NCBI GenBank assembly: GCA_965199675.1
Contig: CBDATI010000022.1
Location: 47,896 to 111,895, forward strand
Reading direction: 5' to 3'
Origin: Vicinamibacterales bacterium
Lineage (GTDB): Bacteria > Acidobacteriota > Vicinamibacteria > Vicinamibacterales > UBA8438
Length of the DNA stretch: 64,000 nt
Positions 10,496 through 20,199 of the stretch are shown piece after piece (position 1 is the first letter of the stretch; each line of letters begins with the position of its first letter). The notes beneath the pieces were generated by a model. That model did no database searches. It saw only the letters and a list, made by a program, of their open reading frames with translations, and was not told where the DNA came from. Both the position numbers and the translations under genes were made by a program.

Positions 10496-11296
10496 TCACG
10501 GGGCGGGCTCGACGGTGACCGCGACCCGGTTCGATGCCTCGCGCTCGCCGTCGCTGGCCCACAGCTCGAGCGCATAGCGCCCCGGGGTGTCGAACGAGGC
10601 CAGCGTGCGCGGCTCGTCCGGTGCGCTGAACGTCACCGCGCCGGGGCCGCTCAGCATCCGCCACTGCGTGACCAGCGTCCCCTCGCGGGGCAGCCCCTCG
10701 TCGCGGACGCTGCCGAACAGCTTCAGCGGCTCGCCGACGGCGGCCGTCACCTCGGGCGGGGCGCCCCCGGGACCGTTCCGCAGCCCGAGGAACCTCACTG
10801 TCGGCGACCGGTTGAGGCAGACGCCGCGGGGCGCCGCGGCCGGCTCGACGTCGCGCAGCAGGCGGCCCATCGAGCGCTCCTCGAATTCCCAGTTGTACTG
10901 CAGCATGTCCTCGCTGGTGGCGGTGGTGACGCCGGCGTGATCGAGCGTCCACCGCAGCCCGCCCGCGAAGTCGGGGCCGAGGACCACGATGCACTGGAAC
11001 CGGTGGTGCCCGGGCAGGAACGTCGTCGGCTGCCCGCGGTCGGCGGCGGCCGGCTCGAACCGGTTCTGCGGGCCGGGGGGCACGGTCACCGGCTCGAAGT
11101 TGTGGCTGAAGTAGGCGAACGACAGCACGTACAGGCCGTCATCGGTGACGGTGAACCCGTCGTACACGGGATACACCGGCTCGTTCTGCGCGAGCGCGGC
11201 AGGCGCCCCGGGACCGGCGGCCACAGCCGCGGCCAGCACGAAGGCCGCCGCCGGGCCGGACCATCGACGCGTGCCGCGAACCGTCATGGCGTTCAT
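10496..11296 (-). CDS. Hypothetical secreted protein with C-terminal PKD/Ig-like domain
   Basis: Signal peptide; C-terminal WRMLSGPGAVTF...FDTPGRYALELWASDG is PKD-like. Confidence 0.65.
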   Translation of the reverse strand: MNAMTVRGTRRWSGPAAAFVLAAAVAAGPGAPAALAQNEPVYPVYDGFTVTDDGLYVLSFAYFSHNFEPVTVPPGPQNRFEPAAADRGQPTTFLPGHHRFQCIVVLGPDFAGGLRWTLDHAGVTTATSEDMLQYNWEFEERSMGRLLRDVEPAAAPRGVCLNRSPTVRFLGLRNGPGGAPPEVTAAVGEPLKLFGSVRDEGLPREGTLVTQWRMLSGPGAVTFSAPDEPRTLASFDTPGRYALELWASDGEREASNRVAVTVEPAP

Positions 11297-11591
11297 TCTC
11301 CCGTTTCCTCCACACCGCTCCGGTGTCTTGCGTTGAGCCGCCGCTTCTCACGCCGCCATGCGCCCCGGGGGGAGCGCACATGGGCTCCATGAACCATTAC
11401 CACGTCGCCGCGACCCGCGACAAGCGCCGGCCGCGCCCCGGTGCCTTGCGTGCCTTTGCGGGGCGGTCGGTGCTTTCGGGTATGATATCGAGCTGTTCCG
11501 CACGCCGGTGCCCGCCCTGCTCGACAGATCACGTGCCAACTCCGGTGACAGGCAGGCGAAAGAAGGCGGACCGGGCGGTCCGCGACAGGAG

Positions 11592-12182
11592 ATGATTCTG
11601 CATTCGATCACGGTCCGCCCGCCGGCCGTCGTGCTCGCCATCGCGTGCGCGCTCTTCCTGGGGACGGGCGTCCTGACCGTCTTCATGGCGCAGGAGCCGG
11701 CGCCCGGCGAGGCCGAGCTCGCCCCGGCGCCGTCCGGCGAGGCCGGGGACGCGGCCGTGCCGCCGGATCCGGACGCGCAGCCCATCGACTTCAGCCATTC
11801 GCATCACGTCACCGAGATCGGCATCGACTGCCAGTTCTGCCACGCCTATGCGCGGCGGGGTCCGGTGGCGGGGATTCCGTCGGTGCAGCGCTGCGCGGGG
11901 TGCCACCGGGTGGTCCTGAGCGAGCAGCCGGAGATTCTCAAGGTTCTCGAGTACTGGGAGAACGAGGAGCCCATCCCCTGGGTCCGGGTGCACGACCTGC
12001 CCGACTACGTGCGCTTCACGCACAAGGCGCACGTGCGGGCGGGGGTCGGCTGCGAGACCTGCCACGGCGACGTGGCGCAGATGGAGGCGGCGGTGCAGGT
12101 GGAGAGCCTCAGCATGGGCTGGTGCGTGAGCTGTCACGAGGACCGGGGCGCCACCAGGGATTGTCTGGCATGTCACTACTGA
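11592..12182 (+). CDS. actA: Alternative complex III pentaheme cytochrome c
   Basis: N-terminal TM helix, QPIDFSH, five CxxCH (CQFCH, CAGCH, CETCH, CVSCH, CLACH). AGGAG RBS. Confidence 0.88.
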   Translation: MILHSITVRPPAVVLAIACALFLGTGVLTVFMAQEPAPGEAELAPAPSGEAGDAAVPPDPDAQPIDFSHSHHVTEIGIDCQFCHAYARRGPVAGIPSVQRCAGCHRVVLSEQPEILKVLEYWENEEPIPWVRVHDLPDYVRFTHKAHVRAGVGCETCHGDVAQMEAAVQVESLSMGWCVSCHEDRGATRDCLACHY

Positions 12183-12288
12183 CGCGGTGCGACGCCGGAA
12201 CGGACGTGGCGGCCGGCGGGCCGCCGGGGTTCGATCCAGTTGGCCGTCCCACGCCATGGGGCGCGTGGGCCGTCGGGGAGAAGGTGCA

Positions 12289-15200
12289 GTGAGCGAGCCG
12301 TCGTCGCCGCTTGTCGACCGGGTAGGCCGGCGGACGTTCCTCAAGGTGCTGGGCAGTGCCGGTCCCGCGGCGGCGGCCGCCGCCTGCTCGCCGGTGCCGC
12401 CCGAGCGCATCATTCCCTTCGTCGTCCCCCCCGACGACGTCGTGCCCGGAGTCGCTACCTGGTACGCCAGCGTCTGCGGGGAGTGTCCGGCCGGCTGCGG
12501 CATCCGCGTCCGCACCCGGGAAGGCCGGGCCGTCAAGATCGAGGGGAACCCCGAGCACCCCGTCAACCGCGGCGGGCTCTGCGTCCGGGGTCAGGCATCG
12601 CTCCAGGGGCTCTACAATCCCGACCGCATCACCGGGCCCCACCGCCGCCGCGTCACCGATGCGGCGGCGGGCCGGAGCGTACTCGAGCCCGTGGCCTGGG
12701 AGGAGGCGCAGCAGGACCTCGTCGACCGGTTGCAGGCGCTCTACGCGGCGGGCCGGGGCGACCGGGTGGCGCTGATCACGCCGCCGCTGACCGGCACGCT
12801 CGGCGAGCTGGTCTCGAGCTGGTCGGCTGCCCTCGGGGCGCGCTGGGTCCGCTACGAGCCGTTCGGCTACGAGGCGATCCGCGCCGCCAACGAGCGGGCC
12901 TTCGGGCGCGCCGACGTTCCCCACTACGACTTCGCCCGGGCCGAGATGGTGGTCTCGTTCGGGGCCGACTTCCTGGAGACGTTCGGCTCTCCCGTCGGGT
13001 TCGCCCGCGACCACGCAGGGCAGCGCCGGGTCCGGGACGGCCGCTCGACGCGGTTCGTGCAGATCGAGCCCCGTCTCTCGCTGACCGGGGCCGGGGCCGA
13101 CGCCTGGCACGCCGTCGCTCCCCAGACCGAGGGCCTCGTGGCCGCGGCGATGGTGCAGGTCATCGTGAGCGAGCAGCGGGCGCAGGGCGTGCCGGCCGAC
13201 GAGGCTGCGCGCATCGGCGAGCTCGTCGCCGGGGCATCGCCCGAAGCCGTGAGCGGCGTCGCGGGCCTCTCCGCCGACCGCATCCGCGAGCTGGCGCGCG
13301 CCTTCTCCGACCCCGCCCTCGGTTCCGGCCGGACCCTGGCGGTGGGCGGCGGGGTGGGGGTGTCGGGCGCCAACGCGACGGCGGCCCAGGTCGCCGTCTC
13401 GCTCCTGAATCACGTGGCCGGCAACGTCGGGTCGACGGTCGACTTCGGCGCCGCGTCCACCGCCGATCCCGCGCCGTACGCCGAGATGCAGGGGCTGGCC
13501 GACGCGATGCGGGCGGGCGAGATCGAGTTGGCCATCGTCCACGACGTCAACCCCGTGTTCGCGATGCCGGCCGCGGCGGACTTCCGGGGGGCGCTGGCCG
13601 CGGTGCCGTTCGTGGCCGCCCTGTCGAGCCTGCCGGACGAGACCACCGCCCAGGCCGACCTGCTGCTGCCCGTGCACACGGCCCTCGAGTCGTGGGGCGA
13701 CAGCAACCCCCGCCGCGGGGTCTGGGGCCTGATGCAGCCGACGATGCGGCCGGTGTTCGACACCCGCCACGTCGGCGACCTGCTCATCGAGGTGGCGCGT
13801 GCGCTGGGCGGCGACATGACCGCCTTTCTGCCCCGTCGCGGCGACTTCTACCGCTACCTGCGCGACGCGTGGGAGGCGATGCAGCCGGCTCCCGAACTTT
13901 CCGCGGAGGCGCCGGCCGCCGGCCCGGAGGCGTCGCCCGCCGACGCGCAGGCGCCCGCCGCCGATGACGCCCCGGCCCCCGAGCCCCCCGACTTCGAGAC
14001 GTGGTGGGCGGACGCCCTGCGCCGCGGCGGTGTCACGCTCCCCGCCGACCCGGTCGACACCGCCCTTCGCCCCGGCGTCTTCGGTCCCGACCTCGCCGCC
14101 GATCTCGGCGCCCCGGCGCGGCGGCGCCGGCTCAGCCTGGTTGCCTATCCGTCGTCGCAGTTCTTCGACGGGCGCGGCGCGAACCGGCCCTGGCTGCAGG
14201 AGGTCCCCGACCCGATGCTGAAGACGACGTGGGGCACCGGGGTCGAGATGACCCCGGAAACCGCCGAGGCCCTCGGGGCCGAGGAGGGCCAACTCGTCAC
14301 CGTGGCGTCGGACCACGGGCAGGTCGAGGCGAGCGTCATCGTCAACCCGCATCTCGCGGAAGGCGTCGTGGCCATCGCCATCGGGCAGGGGCACACCGAC
14401 TTCGGGCGCTATGCGACGGGGCGCGGGGTCAACCCCATCGCGCTGCTCGACCCCGCCCCGGAAGGGCCGTCGGGGGGCGTCCGGTGGGTCGGCGCCGGCG
14501 TCGACGTCACCCCGCGCGAGCTGTCGCGCCCCATCCCGCGGCTGCAGCGGAACTTCGACCAGGAGGGGCGGGGCCTCGCGCAGTCGGTGTCGCTGGCTGC
14601 CCTCGCGGCCGGCAACGTCCACCCCGAGGAGCACCACTTCAGCCTGTACCCCGAGCACGAGCACCCCGTGCACCGCTGGGGGATGGCCATCGACCTGGAC
14701 GCGTGCAACGGGTGCAACGCCTGCGTGGTCGCCTGCTACGCCGAGAACAACATCCCGGTGATGGGGGCCGACCGCATGCGCCGCGGCCGCACCATGTCGT
14801 GGCTGCGCATGGAGCGGTTCGACGAGCCGCGGGCCGCCGGCGATGGCCCCGACGTCCGCTTCCTCCCCATGCTCTGCCAGCAGTGCGACCACGCGCCCTG
14901 CGAGAGCGTCTGTCCGGTGTACGCCACGTATCACACCGACGAGGGGCTGAACGCGCAGATCTACAACCGCTGCGTGGGCACCCGCTATTGCTCGAACAAC
15001 TGCCCCTACAAGGTGCGGCGGTTCAACTGGTTCATGCCCGAGTTCGAGGCTCCGCTCCAGCTTCAGCTCAACCCCGACGTCACCGCGCGCAGCGACGGCG
15101 TCATGGAGAAGTGCACGTTCTGCGTCCAGCGGATACAGGACGGCAAGGAGCGGGCCCGCGACGAGGAGCGCCCCGTGCGCGACGGCGACGTCTCGCCCGC

Positions 15201-15366
15201 GTGCGCCCAGAGCTGCCCATCGCAGGCCATCGTCTTCGGTGACATGAACGATCCGTCGAGCCGCGTCACCCGGCTCTCGGCCGACGCCCGCGCGTACCAC
15301 GCGCTCGCCGTGTTCAACACCCGGCCCGCCGTCACCTACCTGAAGAAGGTCGACCGCGACGGGTGA
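12289..15366 (+). CDS. actB: Alternative complex III molybdopterin-oxidoreductase-like / Fe-S subunit
   Basis: Tat motif GRRTFLK, KIEGNPEHP, C-terminal ferredoxin motifs CNGCNACVVAC, CQQC..PCESVCP, CVGTRYCSNNCP and CTFC..CAQSCP. Confidence 0.9.
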   Translation: MSEPSSPLVDRVGRRTFLKVLGSAGPAAAAAACSPVPPERIIPFVVPPDDVVPGVATWYASVCGECPAGCGIRVRTREGRAVKIEGNPEHPVNRGGLCVRGQASLQGLYNPDRITGPHRRRVTDAAAGRSVLEPVAWEEAQQDLVDRLQALYAAGRGDRVALITPPLTGTLGELVSSWSAALGARWVRYEPFGYEAIRAANERAFGRADVPHYDFARAEMVVSFGADFLETFGSPVGFARDHAGQRRVRDGRSTRFVQIEPRLSLTGAGADAWHAVAPQTEGLVAAAMVQVIVSEQRAQGVPADEAARIGELVAGASPEAVSGVAGLSADRIRELARAFSDPALGSGRTLAVGGGVGVSGANATAAQVAVSLLNHVAGNVGSTVDFGAASTADPAPYAEMQGLADAMRAGEIELAIVHDVNPVFAMPAAADFRGALAAVPFVAALSSLPDETTAQADLLLPVHTALESWGDSNPRRGVWGLMQPTMRPVFDTRHVGDLLIEVARALGGDMTAFLPRRGDFYRYLRDAWEAMQPAPELSAEAPAAGPEASPADAQAPAADDAPAPEPPDFETWWADALRRGGVTLPADPVDTALRPGVFGPDLAADLGAPARRRRLSLVAYPSSQFFDGRGANRPWLQEVPDPMLKTTWGTGVEMTPETAEALGAEEGQLVTVASDHGQVEASVIVNPHLAEGVVAIAIGQGHTDFGRYATGRGVNPIALLDPAPEGPSGGVRWVGAGVDVTPRELSRPIPRLQRNFDQEGRGLAQSVSLAALAAGNVHPEEHHFSLYPEHEHPVHRWGMAIDLDACNGCNACVVACYAENNIPVMGADRMRRGRTMSWLRMERFDEPRAAGDGPDVRFLPMLCQQCDHAPCESVCPVYATYHTDEGLNAQIYNRCVGTRYCSNNCPYKVRRFNWFMPEFEAPLQLQLNPDVTARSDGVMEKCTFCVQRIQDGKERARDEERPVRDGDVSPACAQSCPSQAIVFGDMNDPSSRVTRLSADARAYHALAVFNTRPAVTYLKKVDRDG

Positions 15367-15375
15367 CGCCCCGCC

Positions 15376-16710
15376 ATGAGCTTCGCGAAGATCAACGACG
15401 ATATCCTGCGCACGCTCCGGCCCCCCGGGGTGCTGTATTACGCGGGGCTGGCGCTGGCCCTCTCGGCCCTCGCCACGGGGACCGCCGCGTTCTTGCACCA
15501 GGCGCAGACCGGTCTCGGGGTCGCCGGCTACGAACACCCCATCTTCTGGGGCATCTACATCACCGACTTCGTGTTCTGGGTCGGCATCGCCCACTCCGGC
15601 ACCCTCATCTCGGCCGTGCTGTTCCTGTTCCGTGCGAAGTGGCGGACGGCGGTGGCGCGGGCGTCCGAGGCGATGACGGTGTTCGCGGTGATGACGGCGG
15701 GGCTGTTCCCCATCATCCACATCGGCCGGCCGTGGTTCTTCTACTGGCTGATCCCGTATCCGAACGCGCGCGACCTCTGGGTGAACTTCCGCTCCCCGCT
15801 GATCTGGGACGTGTTCGCCATCACCACCTATCTCACGGTCAGCGCGATGTTCCTGTACCTGGGGTTGATGCCGGACATCGCCGCCGCCCGCGACGGCGTC
15901 AAGGGCTGGCGGCGTCCCATCTACCGGTTCCTCTCGTTCGGCTGGCTGGGCACCGACCGGCAGTGGCGGCACTACACCGCCCTCTACGGCTTTTTCGCGG
16001 CCCTCGCGACGCCGCTCGTCATCTCCGTCCACAGCGTGGTGTCGTGGGACTTCGCGGTGTCCATCCTGCCCGGGTGGCACAGCACCATCTTCGCCCCGTA
16101 CTTCGTGGCCGGCGCCATCTTCTCGGGGCTGGCGATGGTCATCACCCTGCTCGTGCCGATGCGGCGCATCTTCCGGCTCGAGAGCTACATCACCGTGCAT
16201 CACTTCGAGAACCTCGCGAAGCTGATGCTGACCACGTCGCTCATCGTCGGCTACGCGTACCTGACGGAGTTCTTCATCGCCTGGTACAGCGGCAGCCCGT
16301 TCGAGCAGGGCACGTTCTTCGACCGCATGTTCGGCCAGTACTGGGGCTACAGTTGGATGATGTTCGCCTGCAACGTCATCGTCCCGCTCGCGCTGTTCTG
16401 GAAGGCGGTGAGGACCAACCTCGGCGTGCTCTTCGTCATCTCGATCCTGGTCAACATCGGCATGTGGCTCGAGCGCTACGTCATCATCGTCACGTCGCTC
16501 TCGCACGACTTCGACCCCGCCAACTGGGCCGGCGTCTACCAGCCGACGTGGGTCGAGGCGGCCATCACGGTGGGGTCGTTCGGGCTGTTCTTCACCCTGT
16601 TCCTCCTCTTCGTGAAGAACTTCCCGGCGGTGTCGATCACCGAGATGAAGGAGACCATGGACCGGTCGGCGGAGGCCGATCCCGCCAGCGCCTGGCCCGA
16701 CCCGGTGTAG
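15376..16710 (+). CDS. actC: Alternative complex III NrfD/PsrC-type membrane subunit
   Basis: FVFWVGIAHSGTLISA, HIGRPW, NFRSPLIWD, SVHSVVSWDFA, PGWHSTIFAPYFV. Confidence 0.92.
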   Translation: MSFAKINDDILRTLRPPGVLYYAGLALALSALATGTAAFLHQAQTGLGVAGYEHPIFWGIYITDFVFWVGIAHSGTLISAVLFLFRAKWRTAVARASEAMTVFAVMTAGLFPIIHIGRPWFFYWLIPYPNARDLWVNFRSPLIWDVFAITTYLTVSAMFLYLGLMPDIAAARDGVKGWRRPIYRFLSFGWLGTDRQWRHYTALYGFFAALATPLVISVHSVVSWDFAVSILPGWHSTIFAPYFVAGAIFSGLAMVITLLVPMRRIFRLESYITVHHFENLAKLMLTTSLIVGYAYLTEFFIAWYSGSPFEQGTFFDRMFGQYWGYSWMMFACNVIVPLALFWKAVRTNLGVLFVISILVNIGMWLERYVIIVTSLSHDFDPANWAGVYQPTWVEAAITVGSFGLFFTLFLLFVKNFPAVSITEMKETMDRSAEADPASAWPDPV

Positions 16711-16721
16711 GGTGGCGACGC

Positions 16722-17213
16722 ATGGAGATACTCGGCATCTTCGATCGGGGCAAGACGGCGGCGGCGGCAACGCGCGAGATCCTCGATGGAGGGCTCGGCG
16801 AGGTCGTGGCGTACTCGCCGGTGCCCGATCACGCCCTCGACCAGGCCCTGCACGTCTCGGTCAGCCCGGTGCGGGTGTTCGTCCTCGTCGGCGGGCTCCT
16901 CGGCTGCTTTCTCGGCTTCGCGTTCCCCATCTACACCGTGCTCGACTGGCCGATGATCACCGGCGGCAAGCCGCTCATCTCGATTCCCCCGTTCGTGGTC
17001 ATCGCCTTCGAGCTGACGATCCTGCTCGGGGCGATCGGCGGCATGCTCGGCTTCCTGTTGCTGTCGGGTCTGCCGCGCGTCTTCGGCCGTCCCGCCCCGG
17101 ACCCCCGATTCACCAACGACATGACCGGCATCGCGGTGACGTGTCCCCGCGAGCAGGTGACGGCGGTCCGGGCCTGTCTCGAGCGCCACGAAGCCGTGGA
17201 GATCCGAGGATGA
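16722..17213 (+). CDS. actD: Alternative complex III DUF3341 subunit
   Basis: YSPVP, DWPMITGGKP, FELTILLG, DPRFT; two TM helices; position after actC. Confidence 0.85.
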   Translation: MEILGIFDRGKTAAAATREILDGGLGEVVAYSPVPDHALDQALHVSVSPVRVFVLVGGLLGCFLGFAFPIYTVLDWPMITGGKPLISIPPFVVIAFELTILLGAIGGMLGFLLLSGLPRVFGRPAPDPRFTNDMTGIAVTCPREQVTAVRACLERHEAVEIRG

Positions 17214-17340
17214 CCCTGCCCTGCCCGGCGCCAATTCCGGTCTCGACGCCGGCCGGGCGTGTCTGGCGCGCCCCGAAGCCGTCGGGGGCAGCGGATGGCG
17301 TTGTCCGCCCGTGCTCGCCGACATCCGCCTCGGCGGCGAA

Positions 17341-17515
17341 GGCCCGTGCGTGTCTGACGTCAGGACGGGATGGAGGAGCGACGATGACGATGTCCGCCCG
17401 CGCCGGCCGTTACCGGTCCAGAGGCCGGCCCGGTCTCGGCGCCGGCCGTGCGTGTCCGACGCGCCAGGCAGCCGGGGAGGTGCGACGATGACGATGCCCG
17501 CCCGCGCCCGGCGAT
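17341..17515. repeat. Degenerate duplication (~104 period) of the actE RBS/start region
   Basis: ccgtgcgtgtc(t/c)gacg...ggagg(a/t)gcgacgatgacgatg(t/c)ccgcccgcgcc occurs twice. Confidence 0.65.
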
Positions 17516-18102
17516 GCCTCGGTATGCGCTGGCCTGCGCCGGCCGCTCCGGCCGCCCTCGAGACGGCTGCCGGCCGTGTTCCCGGTGCGCGCTCGCGGCG
17601 CCGGTTCGCCCGCGGCGTCCTCGCTGCGATGCTCGCCGCCGCCGCCGGCGCCGTCGCCCTGGCCCAGCCGGCCTTCATGCGGAACATGTACACGGGGCCG
17701 GTGGTACTGCCCCAGGTCGATCCGCGGGCGCCGGTCGAAGACACCATCGCCGTCGACGGCCAGCGGCAGCGCGACCGCCTCGAGTCGCGCGACCTCCCCA
17801 ACCCCGTGCCCGCCACGCCCGCCGTCCTCGCGGAAGGCGAGTGGCTCTACGACGTGTACTGCGCGATGTGTCACGGCCCGGACGGGCTCGGCGACGGCCA
17901 GATCGCGGGTCACTACCCGCGCATGCCGAGCCTCGCGGCGCGCCACGTGCAGAACAACTACACCGACGGCTGGATCTTCAGCATCATCGGCGACGGCGGG
18001 TTCCGCATGCCCCCGTTCGCCCACTCCATGAGCGCCCGCGAGCGCTGGGCGCTGGTGCGGTACGTCAAGACGTTCACCCTGCCGGCTGACGAAGGACGAT
18101 GA
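17488..18102 (+). CDS. actE: Alternative complex III monoheme cytochrome c (start uncertain)
   Basis: NPVPAT..GEWLYDVYCAMCHG..GDG, MPPF, ERWALVRYV. GGAGG upstream of 17488. Confidence 0.82.
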   Translation: MTMPARARRCLGMRWPAPAAPAALETAAGRVPGARSRRRFARGVLAAMLAAAAGAVALAQPAFMRNMYTGPVVLPQVDPRAPVEDTIAVDGQRQRDRLESRDLPNPVPATPAVLAEGEWLYDVYCAMCHGPDGLGDGQIAGHYPRMPSLAARHVQNNYTDGWIFSIIGDGGFRMPPFAHSMSARERWALVRYVKTFTLPADEGR

Positions 18103-19355
18103 TCACGGTCGGAACCCCTCTCGTCACGGACGGCGCCCGACGCCTGTGCGGCATCGCGGCCGGGCTGGGTGGCTTGGCGTTCCTCTACACGTTCTTCCAC
18201 GGCGACCCCATTCGCGCGTGGCAGTCGCTGCTCGTCGCCTTCCTGATTTTCGGCGGGCTCGCCCAGGCCGGCGTGGTGGTCTCGGCCATCATGCAGGTGA
18301 CCTCGTCGCGCTGGGGCCGGGCCCTCAAGCGGATGGCCGAGGCCACCGCCGCGTTCCTGCCCATCGCGTTCGGGCTGCTCCTCGTCCTGCTGGCGGGGGT
18401 CGAGGACTGGGCGCCGTGGGTGCATGAGCCGGTCGAGGCCAAGGCGCCGTGGCTCAACGTGCCGTTCTTCGTCTCCCGGCAGATCGTCGCCTTCCTTCTG
18501 CTCGGCGGCCTGAGCCTGTACTACGTGTACCGGTCGCTGCGGCCGGACGTGGGGCTGCTCGACCAGTCGGGCCAACACCCCGCCACCGGGTTCACCCGCC
18601 GGCTCATCGCGGGGTGGCGGGGCATCCATTACGAACGCGAGGCGGCGCAGCGGGCGCAGAGCCGCCTCGCGCCGGCGGTGCTCATCGCCTATGGCTGGGT
18701 GTTCACCCTGGTGGGGTTCGACTTCTTCATGTCGCTCGACCCGCACTGGTTCTCGACGCTGGCCGGCGGCTACTACTTCATCGGCAACCTGTTCCTGGGG
18801 CTGGCGTTCCTCGCCGTGGTTGCGGTGTGGGCGCAGAAGCGGCTGCGGTTGACCGAGTACATCGGCCCCCACCAGTTGCACGACATCGGCAAGTTGCTGT
18901 TCGGGTTCTGCATCCTGTGGGCGTACATGTTCTGGTCGCAGTACCTCGTGATCTGGTACGGCGACCTCGCCGAGGAGACCGAGTTCATCTACCACCGCAT
19001 GCACGGCGCGTGGGCGCCGGTGGCGTGGACGGTGTTCGCGACGGCGTTCGTCATTCCGTTCGTGGTGCTCCTGAGCCGGGCCGTGAAGACGAGCCCGCGC
19101 GGGTTGACCGCGATTGCGGTGGTGGCGTTCGCGGGCATGTGCCTCGAGCGCTTCCTGCTCGTCTCGCCGTCGTTGTGGCACGGCGAGGGAGTGCCCCTGG
19201 GCCCTGTCGAGGTCCTCGTCGGGGCGGGGGTGGCGGGATTGTTCTTCCGGTCGTACACGGCGTTCCTCGAGACGTTCCCGGTGCTGCCGCTGGCCGACCC
19301 CCGCCTCGAGCCGGCGACGGCCCATCCCCACGCCCACGATCTCCACGGAGAGTGA
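18099..19355 (+). CDS. actF: Alternative complex III membrane subunit
   Basis: MSLDPHWFST, HDIGKLLFGF, WAYMFWSQYLVIWYGDL. ATGA overlap with actE. Confidence 0.88.
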   Translation: MITVGTPLVTDGARRLCGIAAGLGGLAFLYTFFHGDPIRAWQSLLVAFLIFGGLAQAGVVVSAIMQVTSSRWGRALKRMAEATAAFLPIAFGLLLVLLAGVEDWAPWVHEPVEAKAPWLNVPFFVSRQIVAFLLLGGLSLYYVYRSLRPDVGLLDQSGQHPATGFTRRLIAGWRGIHYEREAAQRAQSRLAPAVLIAYGWVFTLVGFDFFMSLDPHWFSTLAGGYYFIGNLFLGLAFLAVVAVWAQKRLRLTEYIGPHQLHDIGKLLFGFCILWAYMFWSQYLVIWYGDLAEETEFIYHRMHGAWAPVAWTVFATAFVIPFVVLLSRAVKTSPRGLTAIAVVAFAGMCLERFLLVSPSLWHGEGVPLGPVEVLVGAGVAGLFFRSYTAFLETFPVLPLADPRLEPATAHPHAHDLHGE

Positions 19356-19458
19356 GCCGGGGGAAGACACTGCTGCGGTTTCGCGCGCCGGACCGACGGC
19401 AGGGCGGTTTCCGGCGGCGTTCCGGGCGACGCGCTCCACAGACCGCGCGCATCCGCCG

Positions 19459-20184
19459 ATGACGAGGCAACCCCACCAGTACATCGCCGAACCGGACCGG
19501 GGGGCGGCGCCTCTGTCAGAGGAGTGGCGAGTCCGCCGGCGCTTCCGGCGCCGCCTGGGCCTGCTCGGCATCCCCGCCGATCTCACGGGCTGGAGCGTGC
19601 TCGACATCGGGGCGTGGCACGGGTATTTCTCGTTCGAGTGCGAGCGTCGGGGGGCCGAGCGGGTGGTCGCCGTCGACCGGTTCGCCTGGGACCGCTACGG
19701 CATGGACGAGTTCCTCGCGGCCCGCGAGCGCCTCGGGTCCCGGGTCGAGTACGAGCGCCTGGACGCCCACGACCTCGACGTCGACCGCCTCGGCCGGTTC
19801 GATCTGGTGCTGCTGCTCGGCGTGTTCTACCATTTGCGCAACCCGTTGGCGGCGCTGGAGCGGATTGCTAGCGTGACGCGCCAGTTGCTGATCTGCGAGA
19901 CGCACGTCCTGCTGCCGTTCATCCACGAGCGGTATCCGCTGGTGCCGTTCTTCCCGGGGGACGAGCGGGTCGACGAACAGACCCGCGACCTGTGCGGCAT
20001 CCCCACGATGACCGCCCTGACGGAGATGCTGCGTTCCGCCGGGTTCGGTTCGGTGGACGTCGTCTATCGGCCGTCGTTCCGCTACTGGAAGAAGCTGCTG
20101 GCCCTCGTGACGACCCGCCCGCAGTCGGGTCGCGGCATCGTGCATGCGAGACCCGGCCCGATCGCGTCGCCACCCACAGTCTGA
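19459..20184 (+). CDS. Class I SAM methyltransferase (DUF1698/CmoB-like)
   Basis: VLDIGAWHGYFSF, FDLVLLLGVFYHLRNP. Confidence 0.8.
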   Translation: MTRQPHQYIAEPDRGAAPLSEEWRVRRRFRRRLGLLGIPADLTGWSVLDIGAWHGYFSFECERRGAERVVAVDRFAWDRYGMDEFLAARERLGSRVEYERLDAHDLDVDRLGRFDLVLLLGVFYHLRNPLAALERIASVTRQLLICETHVLLPFIHERYPLVPFFPGDERVDEQTRDLCGIPTMTALTEMLRSAGFGSVDVVYRPSFRYWKKLLALVTTRPQSGRGIVHARPGPIASPPTV

Positions 20185-20199
20185 AGGAGACAGTCACCC

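Noticed and set aside
12109-16770. 1553-aa antisense ORF and other long shadow ORFs (e.g. 2823-5024, 49015-51429, 55631-58312)
   Set aside because: Expected artefacts of high GC opposite genes with clear motifs; they show no domains of their own.
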